This document shows, in pieces, positions 10,854-18,633 of a stretch of DNA of 47,104 nt (position 1 is its first letter; each line of letters begins with the position of its first letter). The stretch lies in the NCBI GenBank assembly GCA_037131575.1, contig JBAXQV010000001.1:1-47104 (forward strand), in the 5' to 3' direction. This stretch comes from Actinomycetota bacterium. GTDB taxonomy: Bacteria; Actinomycetota; Acidimicrobiia; Acidimicrobiales; Ilumatobacteraceae. Below the pieces are notes generated by a model. That model saw only the letters and a program-made list of their open reading frames with translations, did no database searches and was not told the origin of the DNA. A program made the translations under genes and the position numbers.

Positions 10854-10888
10854 CCAGACTTATTGAGAATCTGTCTCAATAAGTCTGG
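10854..10888. promoter_or_regulatory. Perfect 15-5-15 palindrome, candidate metalloregulator operator
   Basis: CCAGACTTATTGAGA-ATCTG-TCTCAATAAGTCTGG. It lies 10 nt upstream of the SBP start, in the divergent intergenic region, and is locally AT-rich. Confidence 0.5.
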
Positions 10889-10904
10889 CTGATCCCCGAC
10901 ACCG

Positions 10905-11345
10905 ATGCAACCGACCAGGCTGGATACAGTGCGCAGCGTGACTGACACCGATTCGACAGCGCAGGTCCCCCTGGTCAACTACCTGGTGCTCGGCGAGCAT
11001 CCGCATCTCGTGGCCAACGAATGCACCGGGTGCGGGGCCCGGTTCTTCGACCGTCGCAATGCCTGTGCCGCATGCTTCGCCACCAGTTTCACCCAGGTGG
11101 CTGTGGCCACGGTGGGCGAGGTCACGTCGTTCACCATCGTCACCCTCGCTGCGCCCGGTGTGCCGGTGCCCTTCGTGGCTGCCGTCATCGACTGCGCAGG
11201 CACCAAGGTGCGCGGCAACGTCATCAACGTCGACCCCGACCCCGAGCACGTGAAGCTCGGTATGCAGGTGCGGCTCACCACCTATTCGTTGGGCACCGAC
11301 GACAACGGCACCGAGGCCATCGGCTTCGGCTTCGAGCCGGTCTGA
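10905..11345 (+). CDS. Zn-ribbon/OB-fold protein (DUF35 family)
   Basis: 'CTGCGARFFDRRNACAAC' zinc ribbon followed by an OB-fold-like C-terminus. Classic partner immediately upstream of a thiolase-like gene. Confidence 0.75.
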   Translation: MQPTRLDTVRSVTDTDSTAQVPLVNYLVLGEHPHLVANECTGCGARFFDRRNACAACFATSFTQVAVATVGEVTSFTIVTLAAPGVPVPFVAAVIDCAGTKVRGNVINVDPDPEHVKLGMQVRLTTYSLGTDDNGTEAIGFGFEPV

Positions 11346-11404
11346 ACCCCGATCCACTTCGCACGAATCACGTACTCACGAACTCACGAACACAGGAGAT
11401 CACC

Positions 11405-12607
11405 ATGGCTGACAACGTCTGGATCCTCGGAATCACGATGACCAAGTTCGGCAAGCACACCGACAAAGACATCGTCGACCTCGCTGCAGAGGCTGCAATG
11501 GGCGCGCTCGCCGATGCGGGCGTCACCATGGGGCAGATGGGCATCCTCGCTGCCGGCAACCTCATGGGTGGCGGTGGTATCGGCCAGCAGATCCAGAAGC
11601 AGGTCGGCCAAACCGGTATTCCCGTGTACAACGTGTCGAATGCCTGTGCCACAGGTGCCACCGCGCTGCGCACGGTCATCATGGCCATCAAGGCGGGCGA
11701 GTGCGACATGGGGCTCGCCGTAGGTGTCGAGAAGTTGGCAGGCGCTGGTCTGCTCGGTGGCGGCGGGCGCGCCAAGACCGACGGCAAGGTGTGGCAGCCC
11801 TCGGGTCGTTACGGCGCTGTGGCCCCCACCGATGGTCGCATCGGCACCGACGCCATGCCTGGCACGTTCGCCCAGGTGGGCATGGAGTACGCCCACAAGT
11901 ACGGCGACGCCACGTTCGAAACCTTCGCCAAGATCAGCGAGAAGAACCACGCTCACTCCACCCTCAACCCGTTGGCGGCCTATTCGAAGCGGTTCACCCT
12001 CGAAGAGATCATGGGCGACATGATGATCGCCTACCCGAATACGCGCCCCATGTGCTCGGCCAACTGCGATGGTGCGGCGGCGGCCGTGGTGGTCAGTGAA
12101 ACCAAGCTGCGCACCCTGTCGCTCGAGCAGCAACGTCGTGCGGTGAAGGTAGCGGCCTCGGTGCTCACAACCGACCCATGGGAAGACGCCTGCCAGATCC
12201 TGCCCAACGTGAACACGCTCACGCGCAATGCCGCCAAACAGGCGTACGAGGCTGCCGGTATCGGCCCCGACGATCTCGACTTGGTGGAACTGCACGACTG
12301 CTTCGCCACCGCCGAACTGGTGCACTACGACAACCTCATGCTGTGCCCCGAAGGCGGTGCGGTCGACTTCTTCGAGTCGGGTGCACCGTGGCGCGATGGC
12401 TCGACGCCGGTGAACGTGAGCGGCGGTCTGCAGAGCAAGGGTCACCCCATCTCGGCCACCGGTATCGCCAACATCTGGGAGATCTGCCATCACCTGCGTG
12501 GTGAGGCCGGCCCGCGCCAGATCGACGGCGCGAAGGTGGGCCTGGCCCATGTCATCGGCCTCGGCTCGGCCTGCGGTATCCACATCCTCGAGGCCTCAGC
12601 CCTCTGA
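11405..12607 (+). CDS. Thiolase-like protein (SCP-x/lipid-transfer thiolase family)
   Basis: 'MADNVWILGITMTKFGKH', 'NACATGA' (active-site Cys context), 'ELHDCFA', C-terminal 'GLGSACGIH'. SD AGGAG upstream of ATG 11405. Confidence 0.85.
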   Translation: MADNVWILGITMTKFGKHTDKDIVDLAAEAAMGALADAGVTMGQMGILAAGNLMGGGGIGQQIQKQVGQTGIPVYNVSNACATGATALRTVIMAIKAGECDMGLAVGVEKLAGAGLLGGGGRAKTDGKVWQPSGRYGAVAPTDGRIGTDAMPGTFAQVGMEYAHKYGDATFETFAKISEKNHAHSTLNPLAAYSKRFTLEEIMGDMMIAYPNTRPMCSANCDGAAAAVVVSETKLRTLSLEQQRRAVKVAASVLTTDPWEDACQILPNVNTLTRNAAKQAYEAAGIGPDDLDLVELHDCFATAELVHYDNLMLCPEGGAVDFFESGAPWRDGSTPVNVSGGLQSKGHPISATGIANIWEICHHLRGEAGPRQIDGAKVGLAHVIGLGSACGIHILEASAL

Positions 12608-12701
12608 CCGCCTGCACCCATCCGAGTCATTTCGTGCACCCTGGGGGCGCCGAAGTACTCGCATACCCCTGAGCGACTCGGATGGCCCTGGTGGACTCGG
12701 A

Positions 12702-13787
12702 TCAGAGGGCGTAGTCGGCGAGGTCGACGATGCGTCGCTCATCGATGGCGCGATGCGCGGCAGCGCCCATCAGCACCGACCACAGGCCATCGTCGACGGT
12801 CACCTCGGCCGGGCGCCCGCTGCGGAGGCAGTCGATGAACCGGCGGTGCTCGACGAACGACGAACCGTGGTGGAACCCCTGGTAGGTGACATCGGCATCG
12901 GCGCTGGCAGGCACCTCGTACGGGCCGCTGCGGTCGCGGGGCCCGACGAACACGCCGTCGCCCGGTACCGTCGCCTCGAGCTTCGCCCGGTCGCCCACCA
13001 CGGTGATCTCCTGCTCGAAGCGGCCGCCCTCGGCGAACATCGACAGGTCGAGCGAACCACGCACACCGTTATCGAACTCGACGATCACGAACGCGTTGTC
13101 CAAGATGTCGGGCACGCGACCGTCGTAGATCTCGTCGAGATGGTTCACGTCGTGCCCGCCCGATGCCATCACCCGCACCGGGTTTGCACCGGCGGCGAGC
13201 CGCATCAGGTCGAAGAAGTGGCAGCACTTCTCCACCAGGGTGCCCCCCGTGTTCTCGGTGAAGCGGTTCCAGTTGCCAACCTTCACGAGGAAGGGGAAGC
13301 GGTGCTCGCGGATCGACACCATCCGGGTGGTGCCGCACACCCCCGTGGCGAGTTGTTCGAGCAGGGCGGCAACGGTGGGCATGAAGCGGTACTCGAGGCC
13401 GACCCAGGTGAGCGCAGCGCGGTCGGCCGCCCGGCTGCGTACGTCGAGGCAGTCGTCGACAGTGGTGCACATCGGCTTTTCCACCATCACCGCCAGGTCG
13501 GTGGCCAACGCGTCGCGCAGCACCGTGGCATGGGTGTGGTTCGGTGATGCGATGACGACGGCGTCGAGGTCGTCACGGGCCAGCAGTTGGCGGTGGTCGG
13601 CGTATGCGGCCACGGGCCCACCCGCAGCGCGACGACCCCAGTCGAGCGACGACTCGACCGGATCGGCGATGGCCACCACCTCGGCCTCGGGCAGATGGAC
13701 GAGGTTGGTGATGTGCTCGCAGCCCATCATGCCGGTGCCGATGATGCCGTAGCGCACCGGTGCGGGCGATGTGGGCAAAGAGGTCAT
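12702..13787 (-). CDS. Gfo/Idh/MocA family oxidoreductase
   Basis: N-terminal Rossmann motif 'VRYGIIGTGMMGCEH' plus 'EKP' motif ('VMVEKPM'). Start taken at ATG 13787. Confidence 0.8.
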   Translation of the reverse strand: MTSLPTSPAPVRYGIIGTGMMGCEHITNLVHLPEAEVVAIADPVESSLDWGRRAAGGPVAAYADHRQLLARDDLDAVVIASPNHTHATVLRDALATDLAVMVEKPMCTTVDDCLDVRSRAADRAALTWVGLEYRFMPTVAALLEQLATGVCGTTRMVSIREHRFPFLVKVGNWNRFTENTGGTLVEKCCHFFDLMRLAAGANPVRVMASGGHDVNHLDEIYDGRVPDILDNAFVIVEFDNGVRGSLDLSMFAEGGRFEQEITVVGDRAKLEATVPGDGVFVGPRDRSGPYEVPASADADVTYQGFHHGSSFVEHRRFIDCLRSGRPAEVTVDDGLWSVLMGAAAHRAIDERRIVDLADYAL

Positions 13788-13821
13788 GGGCGCATTGTGG
13801 CACCCGTAACCCCGCCGAACG

Positions 13822-14457
13822 TCAGACCAGCAGGCCCATCCGCTCGGCCTTGCGCACGGCCGAGGCACGATTGGGCACTTCGAGCTTCTTCAGTAGGTGC
13901 GCCACGTGCGTCTTGATGGTCTCGGTCGACACGTACAGCACACTGGCGATCTCGGCGTTGCTCGAGCCCGAGGCGAGCAGCGACAGCACTTCGAGTTCGC
14001 GCATCGACAGCGAGGGTTGGTCGACGTCTTGCCACGATGTGGCCAACAGGGCGAGTGATTGTTCGTCGAGCACACTGGCACCACTGGCCACCGTGCGCAG
14101 CGAATGTGCCAGCGCGAGTGACGGAGTGTCACTGCAGAGCACACCAACGACACCGGCGTTCACTGCGGCCGACACCATCACCAACTGACGCGAATTCACC
14201 AGCATCACGGCGCGGGCCGAGGTCGACAGGCTGCGCAGCTCGCTCATGAGGGTGCGGCAGGCATCGGGTGAAGCAGGTTCGTCGAGCAACACCACGGCAT
14301 ATGGGTGGTCGGCGAGTGCGGGTGCGGCGTCACCGACGGTGGCCACAGCGGCGATCACATCGAAGTCGGTTTCGGCGGCCAGACGCAGGTGCAATGCCTC
14401 ACGCAGCACACTGTGCTGCTGCACGACCACCAGCGTGATCCGGTCAGTGGGGTTCAT
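13822..14457 (-). CDS. LuxR/NarL-family response regulator with atypical receiver domain
   Basis: C-terminal LuxR HTH 'LSMRELEVLSLLASGSSNAEIASVLYVSTETIKTHVAHLLKKL'. N-terminal receiver-like fold with 'VVVQQH' in place of the acidic DD pair. Confidence 0.8.
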   Translation of the reverse strand: MNPTDRITLVVVQQHSVLREALHLRLAAETDFDVIAAVATVGDAAPALADHPYAVVLLDEPASPDACRTLMSELRSLSTSARAVMLVNSRQLVMVSAAVNAGVVGVLCSDTPSLALAHSLRTVASGASVLDEQSLALLATSWQDVDQPSLSMRELEVLSLLASGSSNAEIASVLYVSTETIKTHVAHLLKKLEVPNRASAVRKAERMGLLV

Positions 14458-14752
14458 GGCAGTAACTGTCCCCGGATGTGCGAAGTGAGCAACCATTCCC
14501 AGAGAATCTCACTTTGAGTGGTGGAGGAATCTCCCCGTGTAGTGGATTGCCCACACCAGTATCCCCGAAACAGGGGATAATCGAAGGGTGTACCTGGGGT
14601 CGGTGCAAATGACTCACCCGGAACTTCCCCCGGGGGATTCGAACGACGAAGCTGACTATGTCGACGGCGCATGCCTGAGACCGAGCAGCACAAGTGTCCT
14701 CCGCTGGGGGACACACCAAGAGCCCTGGCGGGGCGCGGAGCAGGAGCACACA

Positions 14753-15640
14753 ATGATGGCGGTCACAGAAGTCACCACGCCTCGGGCGGCAGAGGATTAC
14801 GTCGACGGGAACTCCGAACTGTTCCAGCGTCGCCGCCAGTTGCAAGAGCAGCTGGCCGAGCTCGAGCAGAACCAGGGCGATGCCCGGGTGATCAATCGGG
14901 CGAAGCGTTCGCTCGATGATGTGACTGCCGAAATCGTGCGGTTCAACCTCGGCCTGGTGCGCTCGTACTGCAAGCGTTTCACCTCGAACTCGACCCGTGA
15001 AGATTCGGCCGACTTCGAAGCAGCCGGCCTGCTCGGCCTGATGCGGGCCATCGACAGCTTCGACCCGACGCAGGGCCGCTTCGGCCAGTGGGCCTTCAAG
15101 CCCATCCAGCGTGAAGTGCTGCGTGCGGTGCGCGACGCCGATCACCCCAACGTGAACCTCGGCGACTTCGAGCGCCGCCCGGAGATTTTGCGGGCGTTCC
15201 GTCACCTCCAGGGCGACGACACCCGCTACACCCCCTCGTACGCCGAAGTGGCGGCAGTGGTGGGCGCCACCGTCGACCAGGTGCGTCGTGTCATCACCCC
15301 GCCCCGCCTCGAGTCGGTCGACCAGTCCACGTCCGATGATTCTGATGGCACGCTCGGCGACACCATCGAAAGCGCCACCCCTGGCCCCGAGGCCGTGGTG
15401 GTGTCGGGCATGATGCTGTCGGCCCTGCGCACCTACGGGCTCGCAGCGCTCGACCCCCGTGAGCTGTTCGTCATCGTGCGTCGCTTCGGCCTCGACGGTG
15501 AGCCGGCCGAGAAGCTCGCCGGTATCGGCGAAACCCTCGCCCTGTCGCGTGAAGCGATCCGCCAGATCGAAGCCAAGGCCATCGCCAAGATCCAGCACCC
15601 GATGGTGCTGCGCAAGATCCACACCCACGGTCGTCCCTGA
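14753..15640 (+). CDS. RNA polymerase sigma-70 family factor, group 3 (FliA/WhiG/SigB-like)
   Basis: Region 2 'LVRSYCKRF...DFEAAGLLGLMRAIDSFDPTQGRFGQWAFKPIQREV'. Region 4 HTH 'LAGIGETLALSREAIRQIEAKAIAKI'. ATG 14753 is preceded by GGAGCAGGAG. Confidence 0.85.
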   Translation: MMAVTEVTTPRAAEDYVDGNSELFQRRRQLQEQLAELEQNQGDARVINRAKRSLDDVTAEIVRFNLGLVRSYCKRFTSNSTREDSADFEAAGLLGLMRAIDSFDPTQGRFGQWAFKPIQREVLRAVRDADHPNVNLGDFERRPEILRAFRHLQGDDTRYTPSYAEVAAVVGATVDQVRRVITPPRLESVDQSTSDDSDGTLGDTIESATPGPEAVVVSGMMLSALRTYGLAALDPRELFVIVRRFGLDGEPAEKLAGIGETLALSREAIRQIEAKAIAKIQHPMVLRKIHTHGRP

Positions 15641-15678
15641 CCGACTCTGCTGCTCCACGTTCGTTCGCACGAATGTGT

Positions 15679-15716
15679 CAATGGCCGCCGGTTCGCCGGC
15701 GGCCATTGCTCGTTTT
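15679..15716 (+). terminator. Intrinsic terminator of the sigma-factor gene
   Basis: Perfect 13-bp stem CAATGGCCGCCGG/CCGGCGGCCATTG with TTCG loop, followed by CTCGTTTT. Confidence 0.8.
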
Positions 15717-15892
15717 GGTGAGTGGTCGATACGGCCAGCACCGGCCGTGGCACAGCATTTGCCCAGCGTGCACGAGTTTCAGGCGTGATATCCGGGCGAT
15801 CTCCCCGTCACCCGGTTCCCGTCCAGTTCACTCGCCAATCCCCCGTGAAATGGCATCACCAGATCGGCTCTTCCGGACTGTTGATCACGTGA

Positions 15893-15908
15893 GTTCCAAG
15901 GATGGAAC
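15893..15908 (+). promoter_or_regulatory. Leader hairpin presenting AGGA in the loop (candidate CsrA site)
   Basis: GTTCCA-AGGA-TGGAAC. The RNA core CAAGGAUG equals the CARGGAUG core of the CsrA SELEX consensus. It lies 27 nt upstream of ATG 15936, whose SD is GGAGGA. Confidence 0.35.
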
Positions 15909-15935
15909 ACACGGCACACACATCACGGAGGAACC

Positions 15936-16679
15936 ATGGCCCCCCGGTCATTAGAAGCGCCTCCCGAGCCGGTGAGACATTCATCGCTCGGGACATCACC
16001 GCCGCCTACCAAGGCGAAAGGTCAGCCGAAACGGCTGGCCGAGATCTGCAGCCCTTGGGCCGGCAGGCAGTCACCAGCAACATGCCACGAAGAGGCTGCG
16101 CTCATCGAAGAGCTCACCGCACTCGTGGGAGACGACGACACGAACGAGTTTGAACGTCGTGACGTGACTGTGTTGATCACCGCACTGCGCAGCGGTCTCT
16201 CACTTCCTGAAATTCGCGTGCAGGCACCAGGGGTCACCCCGGCCCGTCTGCTTGCGGCTCATCGGGAACTCGAGCGTCGTCGCGCCATCGCCGAAGAGGC
16301 GTGGCGTGTGGTGGAAGCCGAGCCGGGCCGTGAGGCAGTGGTCGACTACGGCATCCTGGCAGGCAAGTTGCTGCCCGCGGTGCTCACTCAGTTGCAGATG
16401 CACATCGACGACGACGAGCGGTTGACCTTCGAGATCGGTCGTGCTGCCGATCAGATCGCCCGTACGTCGCGGCGTGTGCTGATGCTCGAAGACCGAGTCG
16501 CCGACTCGGCCGACGACCCCGAGCGGGCACGTGAACTGGGAACCTTGCTGTACGACGTGTACGGCCACGGTGCCTGGAGCCTCGAGACCTTCCTTCCCCC
16601 TCGGGTAGGAACCCTCGTACCCCTCCGCCTGGCTGCATTGCTGGGCGAAGACCTGACGGCGGTTCGCCGGGTGAGCTGA
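15936..16679 (+). CDS. Hypothetical protein (no recognisable domain)
   Basis: 247-aa ORF. Strong SD (ACGGAGGAACC-ATG). Coding bias is good from about codon 50 onward. The N-terminal ~50 codons have weaker third-position GC and compete with an overlapping frame (15902..16153). Confidence 0.5.
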   Translation: MAPRSLEAPPEPVRHSSLGTSPPPTKAKGQPKRLAEICSPWAGRQSPATCHEEAALIEELTALVGDDDTNEFERRDVTVLITALRSGLSLPEIRVQAPGVTPARLLAAHRELERRRAIAEEAWRVVEAEPGREAVVDYGILAGKLLPAVLTQLQMHIDDDERLTFEIGRAADQIARTSRRVLMLEDRVADSADDPERARELGTLLYDVYGHGAWSLETFLPPRVGTLVPLRLAALLGEDLTAVRRVS

Positions 16680-16730
16680 ATGCTCATTCGACGCGACCTA
16701 CGATCACGGTATGCGAGCTAGCGATCGTCG

Positions 16731-17609
16731 GTGATGGCGGTGCCTGGGCAAACCGAACATACGGCGTGGCTGTTGTTGCCACCCGCAGAGGTTGTGCTCA
16801 GCGCCGCCATCGCACCGACGCCCGATATTCCGCTCGCGTCACTACGCGATGTCGTGGTTCCCATCCACGACGCCGCCGGTGAACTCATCGATTGGACTCT
16901 GGCTCCTGGCGAGATCCAACGCCATGGGCTGGCGCACGACTACGCGTCGTGGCGCCAGACCTGGCGGCGGACCTGGCAGGTGGGGCCCATCACCAATCTG
17001 GTGTCATTGCGTGCCTATGTACGTGAGCTCGACGCCGACCTGGTGGTCGATCTCGACGACGTGTTGGCCCGCACTCTTGCCGCCCACGACGTGGGCGTGT
17101 GGGTGCCCCTCGACCAGTTGGTTCGGCTACGTGATGAGCTGGCAATCACTCGCTTGGCTCTGTCGGTCGACGACCGTACCGGCGTGGGCATCATCGACGA
17201 CATGGCCGACGCAGGGCGCCGAGCCGGCCTGGCTCGCACCTGGGCGGAACCCACTACCGAGGTCATCTTGGCGGCCACTCCCGAAACGGCGGTGATGGTG
17301 CGCCCCAAGGACGATCTGGTGGTGTTGCACGGCGGCCCCGAGTTCGCTTCGTTCGATCATGTCGTGAGCGTCGACATGCGCAACGACCCGGTGATCATCG
17401 GTGATGCGGCGGGTCAGTCGTTCACCCTCGCTGCCGAACTCGCGCGCCCCCTGGCATGGTTGGTGCCGCAGTCGTTGTACTGGCACGTCCGCGCCATTCC
17501 CATCGCCGCCGTGTGGGCGGCTTGGTTTGCTGCGTGGGATGAAGCCATCGGCGTGGCACACGACCTCGAAATCGGCCTCACGGTGAGCAGCCGGTCGTCG
17601 TTCGAATGA
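16731..17609 (+). CDS. Hypothetical protein (no recognisable domain)
   Basis: 292-aa ORF (GTG 16731 or ATG 16734), same strand, 51 nt after the previous ORF. Trp-rich hydrophobic C-terminal segment 'IPIAAVWAAWFAAW'. Confidence 0.5.
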   Translation: MMAVPGQTEHTAWLLLPPAEVVLSAAIAPTPDIPLASLRDVVVPIHDAAGELIDWTLAPGEIQRHGLAHDYASWRQTWRRTWQVGPITNLVSLRAYVRELDADLVVDLDDVLARTLAAHDVGVWVPLDQLVRLRDELAITRLALSVDDRTGVGIIDDMADAGRRAGLARTWAEPTTEVILAATPETAVMVRPKDDLVVLHGGPEFASFDHVVSVDMRNDPVIIGDAAGQSFTLAAELARPLAWLVPQSLYWHVRAIPIAAVWAAWFAAWDEAIGVAHDLEIGLTVSSRSSFE

Positions 17610-17610
17610 C

Positions 17611-18228
17611 GTGTCGGGGGTCGCGGGTGGTGGCGGAGTCACCGTCAAATCACCCGCGGAAATGCGTGCCGAACATGGCGCCGCCGGAGTGCCGGCAGGA
17701 CAGTCTGTACCTGTGTTCGGAGCAAGAAACCTTCAGATCCGCGAGGCCCTCGGTTGCCTCTACGGAGCAATGGCTGCCGTAGTTCGCGACGATCTCGTCG
17801 GCTTCGAACTCCTGGTGGAGGACCTGCGCTTTTCGTTCGAGAATTTCTACGAACTGCTCACCACCATCTCGTTCGCCACGCTCGATCAACTCGATGCCAC
17901 CATCGACGGTTGGCAGCAGCTCACACCCGATGACGGGCGGAGCCTGGCCACCGATCTGTTGTCGTTGGCGAAGCACTACGACATCGCCAGCACCGACGCC
18001 GTGCAAACCGCTGCGTGGTTGCTCGATGCAGTGCGCCGCGGCGACCACAGCCGGGTCATCGCCGACATCGACGGTGCGCGTCGTGTCAGCAGTGACGACG
18101 ACCTCGTCGCCGGTTCCATCGCGTTGCTCACTGCCACGGTGAGCCTGTGGGCACGCCACACGGGCCGCTCCCCTCGCCGTGCCGCAGCCGAGCTGTGCAT
18201 GGGTGCTGCAGTCGACGCTGTTCGCTGA
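17611..18228 (+). CDS. Hypothetical protein (no recognisable domain)
   Basis: 205-aa ORF. The GTG start lies 1 nt after the upstream TGA (17607-17609), implying translational coupling. Predicted mostly helical. Confidence 0.5.
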   Translation: MSGVAGGGGVTVKSPAEMRAEHGAAGVPAGQSVPVFGARNLQIREALGCLYGAMAAVVRDDLVGFELLVEDLRFSFENFYELLTTISFATLDQLDATIDGWQQLTPDDGRSLATDLLSLAKHYDIASTDAVQTAAWLLDAVRRGDHSRVIADIDGARRVSSDDDLVAGSIALLTATVSLWARHTGRSPRRAAAELCMGAAVDAVR

Positions 18229-18297
18229 ATTTTCTGGTTGCCAACCCAGTCGGGTTCCGGACAGTTCCCTGTGTCTACACACCACGGAGGAACACTC

Positions 18298-18633
18298 ATG
18301 GCACCTGGCCGCTCACTCGACGAACTCATCGATCGCACTCCCGATCTTCCCTGGCTCACCAAGGCTGCGTGCGGCGACCTCGAGCTCGATCAGCTCGACC
18401 TGTTCTTCGTGGAAGCCGGCCGCACGATCGCATCGTCGACCGTTGCGCTGTGCCAGAAGTGCCCGGTGCGCCGCGAGTGCCTCGACCACGCCTACCGGCA
18501 CGAGATCATGAGCGGTTACTTCGGTGGTATGTCGCCCGGTCGCCGTCGCGTGCTCAGCCACGAAACGGCCGTAGCCGAGATCGAGCGCGAGATCGCGCTC
18601 AGGTCAGGACACCGAGACGCAGCGCGCGGCTGA
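18298..18633 (+). CDS. WhiB-like (Wbl) iron-sulfur transcription factor
   Basis: Four-Cys pattern 'AACGD...ALCQKCPVRRECL' followed by 'GYFGGMSPGRRR' (G[VI]WGG-like turn plus basic tail). ATG 18298 is preceded by ACGGAGGAAC. Confidence 0.85.
   Translation: MAPGRSLDELIDRTPDLPWLTKAACGDLELDQLDLFFVEAGRTIASSTVALCQKCPVRRECLDHAYRHEIMSGYFGGMSPGRRRVLSHETAVAEIEREIALRSGHRDAARG

Noticed and set aside
14458-14752. c-di-GMP or other riboswitch in the long sigma-gene leader
   Set aside because: I could not match the GEMM-type conserved nucleotides or any other riboswitch core by eye. The palindromes are better explained as operators or simple hairpins.
14444-15706. 420-aa ORF antisense to the sigma-factor gene
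   Set aside because: The product is low-complexity and Arg/Gly/His-rich with no motifs. The opposite strand encodes a clearly recognisable sigma-70 protein with an SD and a terminator. This is a typical high-GC shadow ORF.
15902-16153. 83-aa alternative-frame ORF overlapping the start of ORF 15936, possibly indicating a frameshift
   Set aside because: Third-position GC in the first ~50 codons is slightly higher in this frame than in the 15936 frame. However, its ATG sits inside the hairpin loop with no spaced SD, and the 15936 ATG has a strong SD. The hand-counted difference (about 35 vs 32 of 50 codons) is too small to call a frameshift. It is flagged only as uncertainty about the N-terminus.
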